64,000 nt of DNA from Haliotis rufescens (GCF_023055435.1 NW_025963868.1:26164001-26228000); one strand, 5' to 3'. Positions 49,794-63,206 are shown, counted from the stretch's first letter. Numbers and translations are program-made. The notes: generated from the letters alone by a model not told the origin.

Positions 49794-51817
49794 GTTTGAT
49801 ACAATGTTCTTGATACTCAATAGTGATGTGGTTTACAACTACACTATGATGTGGTAACGCAGTATACCTTTCTTTTATAGAGGTAATGTGTGTAAATTGA
49901 AATGGTAGACATGTTCCATAACTCTATCAGAAAACTCTCAGCCCTTACCATGTATCTGTATTGACTTGTACTGCACTGCACTCATTGGCCAAGAAATGTG
50001 CGAACATCTGTTCCACGTAGCCATCCAGTGACACACGCTTCATCAGAGAACGTGTTTAAACACCTTTTTTATATAGCGATCAGCCAGACTGTCTGTCCTT
50101 TTCTGGGTCAGAACTCGAAAACCATTAAGTGTGTTTGATAGAATCTTTTATGGACAGAAGTTGTACATAGACTCTATTGCGGATGGGGCTCGTTTCCGGG
50201 GCAGAATTCGTAAACCATTCAGTTTATTTGATCCAAACTTGAAAGATGCATCAGTCACATGCTGAAGTGGTGCCTTTTGCTATTTTGTATTATTTAAAAT
50301 ATATATTTTTACAAATCTTTATGGAAAAAAGTTGGACAAGGACACGATTCCTAGTTTCACGGATGCGACCATGGTGGATCTTTTGTGGAAAAATATATGC
50401 TTCTTCAAGAACATTCAACTCTTGAGTCTGAATTGCACATTTATTTCTGGTTACTTTACCGACAGCTGCCGGATATATCATCTTTCTGATGATGATTACA
50501 GCCAGGTTCCCTGGGTATGCTGCGCTTGCGCTACACTAACCCCGGCAATGACTGCACAATGGCCGCCTCCACTAGACGAACAAACAATGGGCAGGCATGC
50601 CATGTATCTACTATAGAAAAACTCTGGAAAGGGTGGTTAAATTTTTTCCTCAACATTTTCATGCATGCTCTTGCAATGTATATGTCACGAGAATAACGTC
50701 CGTTGTTACTTTTAGTGAAGGAAAACATTTTTTAAGCTGTTTCGAGACTCGAAAGTGGTCGTCACATCGGTGAAATGGCACACACCCATTTTCAACAGTG
50801 ATATATGCGTCAATATTCGTGTCATCTCACTGTTATCCCAAAATCGTATACATAAATAAATGCAAATTTGATGAAGTAAATGTCACCGAATATTACAAGG
50901 TTTTTCCCATTGTGAAATGGTAGTTTAGCGGAATTATTGAAAGCCCAGTATCCTAAATAATGGTGTTTAATGATAGGGTCTGTCATTGGTTCCGATATTT
51001 GGCCTCTGTATTTTATTCACATGAAAAGCCATTTTTTTGACATTTGATTTCTTATTACAAAATGAAATTAATCATAAATATATCTAATAATTTTGGAAAC
51101 ATATTGGATTAATTTCAATCTAGTGTTTCTGAACTGGATCTATGTGTGTGCTTCTTAAAATGTTGGGTCTGAATGGGATAATAATAAAGATCATAATTAA
51201 TTTGGTACAGTGGGATACACATCCATGAGTATTCTATATGATGCAATATAGCCACTGGGGAATCCGTGTACAGAACAACATAAAGAAGTGTGCTTACCAT
51301 TATTATTGAAAAATAGTTATGATTATAAGCATCATGTTAGATGAAATATCTGTGTACGAAATTATCTACAAATAAACGATTCAATAAAAGGAGTTAAGTT
51401 ACATTATCCCGCGATATGCCAAGGAGAGGCACGGGCCACCGAGCCGTGGATGCCCATGCCTATAATAAAAACAGCAGATGAGATTTGGTTAAATGGCCGA
51501 GGGTGTGCAGGTACTAGTGGGCTACTAAGCTGCTAATTGTGTATACCAAAATGCTACCGTTGTCATGGCCACTAGCGTGGCCAACAGCGATTCACAGATG
51601 GCGCTGCTGGCCTGAGACATCTATCGCTGTATGGCCCCCACGGTAGCATATTTAAACGCTACTATTGCTTGGCAACTACCACGCTGCCAAAAGCAGCTCC
51701 AGCTGCTGGCCTAAGTCAGACTACCACTGCCCGGCCCCAGGTAGCTGGCCAAAGCAGATCCCACTGCCTGGCCCCATTAGCAAAACCATTGTGCGACTAC
51801 CGCCGCGGACCCAACTG

Positions 51818-52349
51818 TCAGCTGCCGCTTGACAAGACGACTTCTGCATGCAAAAAATGCAAAAATGCAAAAAAATTGTCCGTAAACACACACAGTCCTT
51901 TGTCACTGAGGTGGACGCCCTCCCAGGCGTACCATGTCTTGTCTGATGCCAGGATTTTGGGATGTGGCACTATTGTACCGCCGAGCTCTTTGACTCGGTT
52001 GGCATGTCGGCGGTTGATATTCTTCCGCATCCCCTCGATCTTTAGTGGATCCCTGGCATCGTGCCAGTAGCGCCTGGGCAGCATTGAGGATAAGATGATC
52101 TTGGTGTCACCATGTCAAGGAAGAGTTGGCTGCCCTTGACCGAGCACAGGTCGTTGGAGCCCAGGTGAATGATGAGGGCTCTGGGGCTGCGCCGTGTCTC
52201 CTTGACCTGTGCATCTAGAATAGTGTCCAGCTCCTTCCACCTCATGCCCCCTCGTGCCAGCCATAGCAACCTCGGTTGGTTCAGACTGGTACCCTTCAGG
52301 AGCAAGTACTGCCTTGCCCTGGCCATGTAGCTGGATCCCACCATCCAAA
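51818..52349 (-). pseudogene. SGNH-hydrolase-like ORF of Ngaro-like element, frameshifted
   Basis: VWMVGSSY, GGMRW, IIHLGSNDL, EGVHLSDKG blocks; preceded by TTTACAG acceptor-like site. Confidence 0.65.
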
Positions 52350-52411
52350 CTGTAAACAATAAGAAGTGTAGTAAGTACCATGAAAGACAATTTGAATTAA
52401 TTGTGCAACAT

Positions 52412-53311
52412 TTAATTTGTTGGTAAGCGTATGTAAGCATTGTAGCAATCTGATTTCCACCTGCCGTATTGTTGTATGAGGTGTTCCGGCACCCCGTTCA
52501 TGGCAGCTGATGTGGCTGCCATAATGTGGAAGGAGTGAGAAGAATAGCAAGCAGTGTTTATGTTGCTGTGTGCTAAGGCCTTTTTTAGGAGTGCCTGGAA
52601 TTGGTACCTTGTAACGGGGGAATGGTCGAAATGAACGAATGCATGTTGTGGGCCGGAGTGCTTGATGGCGACTACCGGACATAGCGGATTACCTGGTATA
52701 GATGACATTGTAACTGTTGTCCCAATCCTATACTGATCAGACTTTGAGTGTGGTAGATGGATTGAAAGCTGCTGGGGGTTGCCCGAGAAGCTTAAATTCT
52801 GGATGGTGCAACCTGTTTTTGAGGGTCCAGTTTGGACCAGCTCGCTAACCCTAAAGAAACCGAAGAAGCCTGTGCAGTAGACTGCCTTGAACAGTCTGGC
52901 TTCATATGCTGATGAGCATACGTGTGGCAGATTTTTGGTTACTACCTGCAGCAGATCTGCAGTGATCGGTTTTCTGGTGTCTGGTTGGCCCGCTGATTTG
53001 TGTAAGGCTGTTAAAATCTTGCCCACCAGGAAATGGTTTGTACAGTCGGTGAACCCGTGGAATTTGTGCTGTGAAGACAGCGCTGCAATGTAAGTCTTGA
53101 CTGTGTTAGGGGAGTGGTGAGTGACTGACAGATAAGCAATAAAGTTTACAACCTGATCCAGCGGGACTGGCCACACTTCTTGTAGCTGGTGTGTCGACCG
53201 GAACTGGTGCAAGGCATTGATGCCTGTTTGGTAAGTGGCCCATGTATTTGTAGACAGAGATTGTTGTAGGAGTCTGCCGGCTTCCAGCCTCAGATCAGCC
53301 ATATGTTGCAC
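52412..53311 (-). CDS. Tyrosine recombinase of Ngaro-like element (HxxR altered to HSFH; likely inactive)
   Basis: GFFRVSEL, SKSDQ, YSSHSFHIMAATSAA, GRWKSDCYNAY. Confidence 0.75.
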   Translation of the reverse strand: MQHMADLRLEAGRLLQQSLSTNTWATYQTGINALHQFRSTHQLQEVWPVPLDQVVNFIAYLSVTHHSPNTVKTYIAALSSQHKFHGFTDCTNHFLVGKILTALHKSAGQPDTRKPITADLLQVVTKNLPHVCSSAYEARLFKAVYCTGFFGFFRVSELVQTGPSKTGCTIQNLSFSGNPQQLSIHLPHSKSDQYRIGTTVTMSSIPGNPLCPVVAIKHSGPQHAFVHFDHSPVTRYQFQALLKKALAHSNINTACYSSHSFHIMAATSAAMNGVPEHLIQQYGRWKSDCYNAYIRLPTN

Positions 53312-56300
53312 AGGATAGGTGTGGGGTTCTGGTCCGTGGCTGGTACTGCCTCTCGGAAGCGTTTGAGCTGAAACCTCGAGAGAGCATCGGCAATAGTGTT
53401 AGCAGTGGAACATACATACTTTGCCTTAAACATAATATTATATCGGAGCCACTGCAGGATTAGGCGACGGAGTAGGCTCATCACTCAGGGGGCCTTGGTA
53501 GACTGTTTGTTGAATATTGCTACGACGGCTTGGTTGTCGCAGTAAAAGAGGACCTTTTTGTTTGCGAGTTGGTTGCCCCAAAGTTGGATGGCCAGTGTGA
53601 TGGGGAACAGCTCCAGGAGCGTCAAGTCCCGTGTAGTTCCATCCGTCACCCACTGGGTTGGCCATGCGCCGTTAAACCATTTGCCCTGCATGTAGGCCCC
53701 AAAGCCGGCACCACCTGCTGCGTCTGAAAACACCTGAAGGAAATCGCTGTCTACCCATAGTTGGTCCTGAAACACTGAAATGCCGTTATAATTCATAAGA
53801 AATGTTAACCACATTTCTTGACCCAGCTGGTAATCCTAATGTGGCGAAATGGTTGCTTACCTTTGCTAAGCAGATCGGACAAATAAACGACTCAATAAAA
53901 GGAGTTAAGTTACATTATTTGTCAAGCAAATGAAAAAAACCCAGTATGATTATGTTGGTAATACATAACATTAAAAGTGCACATAAATTGTAATATTTGT
54001 GGATGAAAGCTGGAGACATGTGTACATTCCACTATTTATTTGTGAACTGTTTAACTAGGGGTGATGATTACCGGTACCAATGAAACCTGTCTTGACTATG
54101 ATTACCATAGGTTTTGGGGCTTAAAGCCAGTATCAAAGCATTTACTGACATCATTCAGCGCATGATATACATGTATATCTGACAGAAGTAATAAATCACA
54201 TACATGTAATGTGAAATCATCATTTATGCAGCCAGTGGGTAAAATGATGTCTTGCTTCACACTCTAATGCTTTAACAATACTGCTTCCATACCTGGATCA
54301 ACACAGTCAGGAGAATTCAAACTGAACTTGTTGACCAATTTTGCATTGTAAATTACATACTTACAAGTTCCAAAATAAATAATGTCAAATTTTGTTTTTG
54401 CTTTTATTCAGGACATCATGTTCATCCGCTTTGAAAGTTTTTAGATTGTTCAATTTGTAATAAAACAAAACAAGATGGAATGTTCTCAGATGTCTGATTG
54501 TTGAAAACCCTTTGGAGTTAATGTTGATTGGTCAGTAGACACATGTTAAATTACAATTATTTTTAATTTGCTTAAAAGTTATGGTTATTTGTGTGTTCCT
54601 TAGAATGCATTATTTCAATTTTGATAGTGAATAATATGTATCATCATAACTTGGTGACAACCCCCACTCCCCCACCCCAAATAAATGTTTATGACAATAG
54701 ACGCATGGGAACATTATTAAATTTTAACAAGTCCTTAGCTTTTTACCAAATATTTCTTTGATAAACTACAGCTCTTGAAAGTGTGTGTTTCACACATTTC
54801 CTCTGGTTTCCATGACAAAATCAGTGGCTATTTTCAGGACAAACTGTTTGAGTGTCTGGATCTCAAACGTGGCATTGGTATCTAGTAGAATTTCAAGTAG
54901 AAAACATGCAAATGGTGTAATTTACAAAAAGGTTTTTATAACCTCATGCTTAAGTGTCTTCAGTTGATTAATTTTGCCACACCATGACTATTGTTACATT
55001 TTTAATTTTTTTCATCCTGTGAAAAAGAGAATACACATGGGTGTGTATGCCACTGTACCAAATTAATTCAAAATAATAAACATATTCTTTATTATGCCAT
55101 TAACACCCGACATTTTTACAAACAAACACATAATAAAAAATACACTAGATTGGAATTAATCAATTATTTTTTCAAAGTTATTAGATTTATTTATGATGGA
55201 TTTCATTGTGAAATAAGAAAACAAATGCCAAATAAATGGCTTTTCATGTGTAGAAAATCGAGAGGCCAAATGTCAGAACCAATGACAGACCCTATCATTA
55301 AATACCGTTATTGCGGATCAAAAGTTTTTGTTGTTTTCTAGTTATTATACTGCATGGTCGTTAACCCATCACTTTACAATGGGAGAAAACGGGGCATAAT
55401 CGGCGACATTTGCTTCATCAAATTTGTTGAAATAAAGATGCTAACGGTATTTCAATGACGTGGTCGTTCAATTTCATGTATTATTGATACGATTTCGTGA
55501 TAACAGTGAGCTGACACGAAATATTAACGCACATATCACTGTTGAAAATGGGTGTGTCATTGTTTACATTTCACCGATGTGACGACCACTATCGAATCTC
55601 GAAACAGCTCAAATAATGTTTTCCTTCACTAAAAGTAACAACGGACGTTATTCTCGTGACATATACATTGCAAGAGCATGCATGAAAATTATGAGAAAAA
55701 AATTGACCACCCATTCTAGAGTTTTTCTATAGGAAATACATGGCGTGCCCGCAATGTTTGTTCGTCTAGTGGAGGCGGCCATTGTGCAATCATTGCCTGG
55801 GTCACATATAATAACAGATCATATACACGCATGGTGCCTTGACTTACTACTAGGGAATAAAAAAGTTCCCCCAAAAGCGAGGAACATCTGTTTAAGTTTG
55901 TTTACAAGAAATGTATTCCAAACAATATCCTCATTAGATGAGAAGATCTGTTAAAGAATGACCTCTTTTAGTCAATCACAATGACATAGCGTCGTAATAC
56001 ATTTACATCAAGTACAATACGTCAAAATGGCCGACACGATAAACGTGACAGGAGATATTTCCGAAGTTGTTAATTAACCTGTGGTTATTTCAAGCCTTTG
56101 TCATCACTGATCAATTGGCTGAACATTGAAATGTTATTGTAAAGATGTGTAAAATAGATACTAAGGTAAATTCATAGATTGCTGTAGATTGTCACTACGG
56201 TAGTTTGGATTTTTTTCTTTAGGATGGGTTGTAGCGAGGGTATCCGTGAACGGTCATGCGGCCAAACTCTCCCAATTATCCCAAAGTAAGCTATGACGCT

Positions 56301-59300
56301 AAGTTCAAAATTAAAGGTTCTGAATGATGAGAAACAACGTTTCTGCATGAATTCGTACCAGGGAATTCCCAGGGTTTTCCCCAGGAATGTGGAAGTGGTC
56401 AGTGTTTACGTCATTTCAAGAATACAGTCCTGTGAAAAACGTCATGTGACCTACCTCTCGTCCAATGGAAAAGCCGTATATCTTGTAAACTTCACAAAAA
56501 AAATTAGTTACTGTTATAACCAAATGAAACAACCCATTATCCGATAGGGGTAACTGCGCATAGCGGAGGGATATGTTATCACAATAAACTTGGTAACATG
56601 GTTTGGTTTGACTTCTCGGTGCGTGTCTGAATTCCATTAACATGTTACATATCCATAAACTTGCTTATCGGCAAATCTCGCTGCACTGCGCACGACAGGT
56701 ACTAGAGCAAGGCATGCCAGAAATACGAAACCTAATGCTTCCAAAAGGAAGCCTTACGCATCACGTGCGTCGGGGTACCAGCGCCATCTGATTGGCCGTT
56801 AACAGTTGTACAAGGCGGAGCAAAAAGCATCGTTTTTCCGTCCATTTTACGCTTGGAAAACTCGACCCTTTTCCGGACACTTTCTAGACGCTTACCAATT
56901 AATCAATTTTAATGAATTTTTAGTCGTTTTCCCGTCCAATGACCATATACGAAAAAAAACGACGTTTTCGTGTTTGCAGTGTGATGACTCTTGTTTACGC
57001 TTTAAAAGGTGTGAATCAGAGTTTTGACACCTTAGAAAGCTGAGATATTGGACTTTCCGTCACTAGTGCCCACGCTACTCTGGTCAAAGTTCGAATAGGG
57101 AGAGCAACGCGTTAAGCGTGAAAACCTGCCGAAAAAAGTGGTCATTGACCAATATCAGACTTCACGACATATGAGGAAATAGGACAATTATGAGACTTTG
57201 GGATACGTGAGGAAATATCTCCAGTATCAGACTTAAGGATACTAGAGCCATTGTGATACCTGAGCCAATATGACCAGTATCATACTTTTGGATACCGAGG
57301 GCAATGTGATCGTTATGATCGTTAACTGGTGAACTCATCCAGTGTAGAGCATTACCATTCAACGGAAGATTAACCTAAGTTTTTATAGTTTGGATGGGAT
57401 TCTGGTAGTTGAGGTACTGGTCTCTTTACGCCATACACCCCTGTGACCTTTATTTTGCCTGGACGGTTGTTAGGATAGGCCCCGCCCTATCAATTGGCTG
57501 GTCATGCTATGGACACCTCACTCTTCTTGTTCTATTACTATTTGACTTGGAAGTGTATATGTAAAATGGAAATGTTTGATGATGCATGTTCATTTATTTT
57601 AACTCTACTTTTTAAATGCAAAAATTATCTAGATGTCAGTGCCAGAAGGCTGTGGAGGATCTGGTGAAAAAGTAATCTTTTGACTTTTCTCAATGTGAAT
57701 GTCATCCGGATATCCTTGGTGCTGCAAGTCCAACATCAAGTTGTCATTGGCTTCGTCTTCATGACACTCCATGGTGGGTGGGGAGCTCGGATGATGAAAC
57801 ATTAGGAGAAAATGAACATGGATTGCAAAAACAAACTGAACCAGGATAACAACTTGATAATAACGATGAACTGCGTCCATCCAAATCAAGTGATTATTGC
57901 CCATGTTTCCTGGTTATTGAGACTCTTGATAAGACTCAACTCAAAACCAACCCTTTAGTAATTTCTGAAAGGGCAAAATGGCACAGCAGGAGATGTTAAG
58001 AACATTACACGCTTGCACACAAGGTCCCTATCACTTGAATATAATAGAAAACAACAAGCAACTAATCTGTTGGCAACCGTTTTGTTGCAGTTCCTGTTCT
58101 GGTCTGTCCTCACAGAACACTGAACAGCAGCAAAGGTATTGTAAGAGACTGGGATCAATTGTTTGCTGATATTATTGATATTGTTTCTGAAATGAAAGAT
58201 CAAGGAGTGGCAAATGCCAAACGATTCACAATGCGCAAAGACAACGAGACTGTTGAAACAAACACATACATCTTTTCGTTTTCTGATCCTATTGCACACA
58301 AATCAGTCAAACCAGGCTATTGCATTCATAAGGTTTGCATCTTCATTCCTAACCCTTTGAGGTGCGTTAAATGTCAAAAGTCTGGATATCACGTGAATAC
58401 TTGCACATTGGGGGAAAACACACGTTACGGAAGATTGCGACTGCATATATAAAAAAAGGCATGAACTGCTGAGGTGATCACCCATCTTTCTCTAAAAACT
58501 GTCCAATCTAGAAACAGCAAATGGAAATAAACAAAATACAATTCACAGTTTTGTCGATGCCAACCTCAGAACCTAAAGAAACCTATGCTTCAAACACCAG
58601 AACACCTTCTCAAACAACCACTAAAATTACACATTTGTCAGTTGCCACAACGTCAGTAAACTGTTACACGGACTTGAGATGGGTGAAAACGGATTCTCCT
58701 CAGATTTTTTCACCTGAACAGTCAACTGAATCTGCAGAATCCCGCCCAAGCACATCTCAAGTTTAGGCATCTTGTGAACAAAGTGTTAACACCCAAATCA
58801 AATCTAGAGCAGAATCTTCAAACAAATATCGAAGTGGCAGAGCCTTCAAAGGGTATGATAACCAAGTCAACTGTTTAGCAAGTTTGGATACCTTGAGGAC
58901 ATAAATGTGTCCGACATCAGCCACCATAGGGCACACTGCTTGTTGCCATCAAGGAAGGTGGGGGTTGGATCCACAGTCATTCCTCTCATATATACACCTT
59001 GAACTTAATAAATTGGTTATATACTAGTTTTAAAATCAAATCTGTGAAAGTCAATGTATTTTACTGTCTTTCGATGGCACATTTATTAAAGTATGCTATG
59101 TTGTAGTCATGATGTGACTGAAATAGTAACTATGTGACATTAAACGCTTACTCACTTTGAGATGTTGCTGTAGAACGTGTATTTCACTCTTTCTCAAATG
59201 AGTCTCTTGACGCAGAGAGGTGAATCACTACTTCGCCATTAGTTTTCAGAAGATGCAACGTGTTTGATGGATGATATTTTTATTGTGAAACCTTAAGAAC

Positions 59301-59640
59301 ATAGTTTCCAAGCATTCATTGGCAAAGGCTATTTGTTTAAGATATGGACTCAGACACTGCACACATTCCACTTCTCATGTAGAATAAATAAAAGTGAAAA
59401 ACCCTTTCCATCTTAATAAGTAATATCTCTTGACAGAGTTCATAGTAAGATTCCGACCATAACTTTGCTGGTGAATCATAGTCATGATTTCAGGTGCAAG
59501 GGTACTCCGTGATCTACGTCAGAAACCTCATGAGTCTTTTAATGATGTTGCACATAAGATTCGCATAAATGTAAATTTTACAGGAAGATTATCCACCGTT
59601 CGCCCAAACATTTCTTGATAGGTTGACGTTAAAAATACTT

Positions 59641-62055
59641 CAAATTGGGCAACCCGTTTGTCGTGGGTTGGGTCCCTGTGTCGGTGGTGAACGGGATTCT
59701 GGTGGTTTTAAGCGCACTGGTTCCAGGAACAGTGTTCCTTTGCCCAATACACCACTTTGACCCTTACTTCGCCTAGACAGGTGGTAGGATAAGCACGATC
59801 CTCGGCTTGTCATTCAAAATTGTATTTGCACAAATTGTGTTTTCAAATTGTATATGTATATGTATTTGTTGTCCTTGAGGTTTGGTCATATTTACAACTA
59901 ATACTGTCTTAGTTGACTTTCAAATGTAAATATGTATTATGTATGTAATTTGCCTAGAGTTGTATGCCCAGAAGACGGTGGCTCATGGACCAATCAGGTA
60001 GCATATTTACTCTTAATTCTTCTGCTTGAGTATGTCTTCCATGTATACATTGTGCTGCATGTCGGACAGCCACCTGTTCGTAGCATTGGCTTTATGATAC
60101 TCCATGATGGGTGGGGAGCTCGGATGATGAAACACAATACACTCAACATGGATTATGAAACCCCCTAAAAAACAAAAAAAACCCGTCCATTTGATAATGA
60201 TGCTGACCAACATCCTTCAACATCTACTGAATATTGTCCACGATTCCTTGTGATTGAGACAACTGACAAGACTCCTCTCAAGCTGAACATCTTTGCAATA
60301 TCTAAGGGTGTGTCGGCATTCCAGTTGTAGTCACAGCTCACAGAACTCTCAACACCAGCAAAGGAATTATGAGAGACAGGGACCACTTGTTCGCAGACAT
60401 TACTGAAACTAAAATCGTATTTGAAATGAGAGACCAAGGTTTTTCTGTATGTAAAACAATTCACAACCCGTTATGGTCCAGACTCGATTATTTACAGACC
60501 GCCGTCATATAGCTTGAATATTGCTGAGTGCAGCGTTAAATAACAAACCAAACCAAACCAAACCACAACCCGATTTTTTTTTTACCGGAACCAACTAACA
60601 CATACCTCTTTTCCTTTTCGTCTCTAAATGCTTCAAAATCACTAAAGGTAGGTTACTGCAATATAAATGTTGAAATCTACATCCCCATTCCTTTAAGATG
60701 TTTGAAATGCCAAAAATACGGTCATGGCGTCAACACTGGCACGTTGTCTGTCACGTGTGCCCACTGTTGTAAGAAAACACATACAACCTACGATTGTGAC
60801 AGCACAAACTGTTTGGGGAATCATTCATCCTTCTTAAAAATATGTCCTATCTGGAAACAACAAATGAAAATCAATAAAATGATGAAAAAAACCCACACGT
60901 TCTAGCTCCGGAATTAAATGAAACTTATGCAAATGTCACCAGAACATCATCCGAAAGAACCCCCAAATTAATCACTTTGTCAATAAACTACCAGATAGAC
61001 TTGACGTGGGTGCACACAGAAACACCCCGGAGTTTACTCACAAGAAAAATCTACTCAAACTCCAGAATCCCTCTCTAACACACCAGTTCTCTGTCCAGTT
61101 CATACAAAGTCATCTTCTCTATCTCAGGAACAATAACCATCTCAGTCCGCTCAACAAACTCAATCTGCAACAAATGTGAAGCTGCAACAAATGTGAAGCT
61201 GTAAAACGCACAATCAAACCATGAACACATCCTTCAAAACAATGTAAAAGTGGAAGAGCCTCTAAGGGGTCAATTAACCAGATCCAACTATTTGGATCCC
61301 TTGAAGACATGGATGTGACTGAAGCATCCATCCTAGGCCACACAGCTTGCTGCCCACCAAGTACGGGATAGATCCCCCATGCATCCACCAAAGAGATAGT
61401 TTATTCCCATAATATCATACAGTGGAATAGTAGATGACTGAGGACTAACGACTAACGTCAATGAATTACATCTGTCAGTCCAGGAATTTAAAGCATCAGC
61501 ATTCTGCCTACAGGAAATGTATCTAAAATAGACCGATCATCTAATTTACGTCAGTATCAGGCATATCATTTTTTTTCTCCTCCTGGGGATAGGGTCATTG
61601 GATGATCTTCAATTATTGTTAAGCAAGATGTTATTCATAGCCCTGTTATACATGTACTTAACACCAATCTCCAAGCCGAGGGGATGGTCGGGTAGCCTAA
61701 TGGTTAAAGCGTTCGCTAGACACGCCGAAAACCCGGGCTCGATTCCCGACATGGATACAATGTGTGAAGCCCATTTCAGGTGTCCCCCGCTGTGATATTG
61801 CTGGAATATTGGTAANNNNNNNNNNNNNNNNNNNNNNNNNNNNNNNNNNNNNNNNNNNNNNNNNNNNNNNNNNNNNNNNNNNNNNNNNNNNNNNNNNNNN
61901 NNNNNNNNNNNNNNNNNNNNNNNNNNNNNNNNNNNNNNNNNNNNNNNNNNNNNNNNGCGACAACCCTGGTTCAAGCATTAACAATAAAGATAAAATAACT
62001 GAGGATTCAATCTCCAATAATGACCTGTGCACATTTAATGATGATTCCAATCCCT
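59641..62055 (+). mobile_element. Degraded I/Nimb LINE (5'UTR, ORF1, APE start), lacking the ribozyme head
   Basis: UTR blocks homologous to 4330-4490; PRFLVIE, YIPIPLRCLKCQKYGHG, IIQWNSR, FCLQE remnants. Contains a SINE tail insert 60471-60560. Confidence 0.7.
61816..61956. other. Assembly gap (N run)
   Basis: Ns; begins inside a SINE. Confidence 1.
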
Positions 62056-62250
62056 GTATGTGACAAGGTGATACCCTTCTATCTGTATAATCCACATCCC
62101 TGTATGTGACAAGGTGATACCCTTCTATCTGTATAATCCCCATCCCTGTATGTGACAAGTTGATACCCTTCTACCTTTATAATCACCATCCCTGTATGTG
62201 AGAAGGTGATACCTTCTACCTGAATACTCCCCTCAACCCTGTACGTGACG
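62050..62250. repeat. 46-bp tandem repeat, ~4.3 units
   Basis: ATCCCTGTATGTGACAAGGTGATACCCTTCTATCTGTATAATCCAC at 62050, 62096, 62142, 62188. Confidence 0.9.
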
Positions 62251-62602
62251 ATTTAAATATTTCTTATTTACGTGAGTGCACATCATTATTGCTGTCATAT
62301 AATGAATCTTATACGTATTTTTAATTGCTTATGAACTCTTTAAGTGGGGAACAACGTCTTTCAGCACAAACGGTTAATTTATCATAGAGTCTGCCTGTCT
62401 GTCTGTCAATCTGTCTGTCCGTCTGATATCAAACCGCCGAGATTTCCGCAATAATGTAATATTTTAACTGAAAAGTTTACTTTCTTTTAACCACACAAAT
62501 ACGATGCAGATTACGTTGGGACACGTCGGTTTAGAATGTTGTAAAGCTGATTGTGTAAGATGATACTAAACAATACAGAAATTGCAGATCCCTCACATTT
62601 CC

Positions 62603-62875
62603 GACCCGTGAAGATTCCGGGGTAGAATAGGTCTTCAGCAACCCATGCTTGCCGTAAAAGGCGACTATGCAGGTCGTAAAAGGCGACTAACGGGATCGGG
62701 TGGTCAGGCTCGCTGACTTGGTTGATGCATGTCATCGATCCCAATTGCGTGGATCGATGCTCATGACATTAATCACTGGATTGTCTGGTCCAGACTCGAT
62801 TATTTACAAACCGCCGTCATATAGCTGGAATATTGCTGAGTGCGGCGTTAAACAACAAACCAACCAACCAACCAA
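62603..62875 (+). mobile_element. Short non-autonomous retroposon with a structured non-tRNA head and Nimb-type 3' tail
   Basis: 13-bp TSD CCCTCACATTTCC (62590-62602/62876-62888); (AACC)n tail; no Pol III A/B boxes seen. Confidence 0.85.
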
Positions 62876-63031
62876 CCCTCACATTTCCAGATCAGAATTA
62901 CACATCGTAACACATGGTTTAAACAGTATTAAATGAAATGAGTCAATGGGATGACTGAAGCAACATGATTTTGATCAGAAGACAATACTTAAACTTCAAG
63001 ACACCTGCGGTCAGACTTCAAAATACCTGAA

Positions 63032-63206
63032 GGGGCACGAGTGGCCAAGTCGTCTAAGGTGCCGTGATTCGCTGTGCAGAGTTGCGTCCCTTGGGCACGC
63101 CAGAAACCTATGATTGCGGGTTCGAAGCCCGGTTCGCCCCGATTATGTCTCTTGGTTTGTCAGCACCATACCCGTTCTCGTGGGTTTCACCGACGTTGTA
63201 AACGTC
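63032..63206 (+). mobile_element. tRNA-derived SINE family 1, cut by gap
   Basis: Reverse complement of the 20703-20978 head. Confidence 0.85.

Larger units (their letters stand above)
51368..53918 (-). mobile_element. Ngaro-like YR retrotransposon, deleted derivative (RNaseH-YR-SGNH hydrolase)
   Basis: 40-bp direct repeats 51368-51407/53879-53918; FSDAAG, LELFPI, YCDNQAVV, NTIADALSR. Confidence 0.8.
50493..56981. mobile_element. ~6.5-kb composite insertion containing a foldback-like element with ~700-bp imperfect inverted repeats (50540-51235 / 55028-55802)
   Basis: Site is empty (TCTGATGAATCTTC) at ~8898, ~24345, ~30498; TGATGA on both sides; the inverted arms align by eye. Confidence 0.7.

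Noticed and set aside
52412-53311. Phage/bacterial integrase or horizontal transfer
   Set aside because: It overlaps a DIRS-type RNaseH and sits between element repeats; a standard YR retrotransposon component.
62605-62697. Reading the second RNA motif as another HDV ribozyme (GG-hairpin-CUAA resembles P4-J4/2)
   Set aside because: No P1 5' strand exists upstream of the closing stem and there is no P3/L3 consensus; the topology differs.
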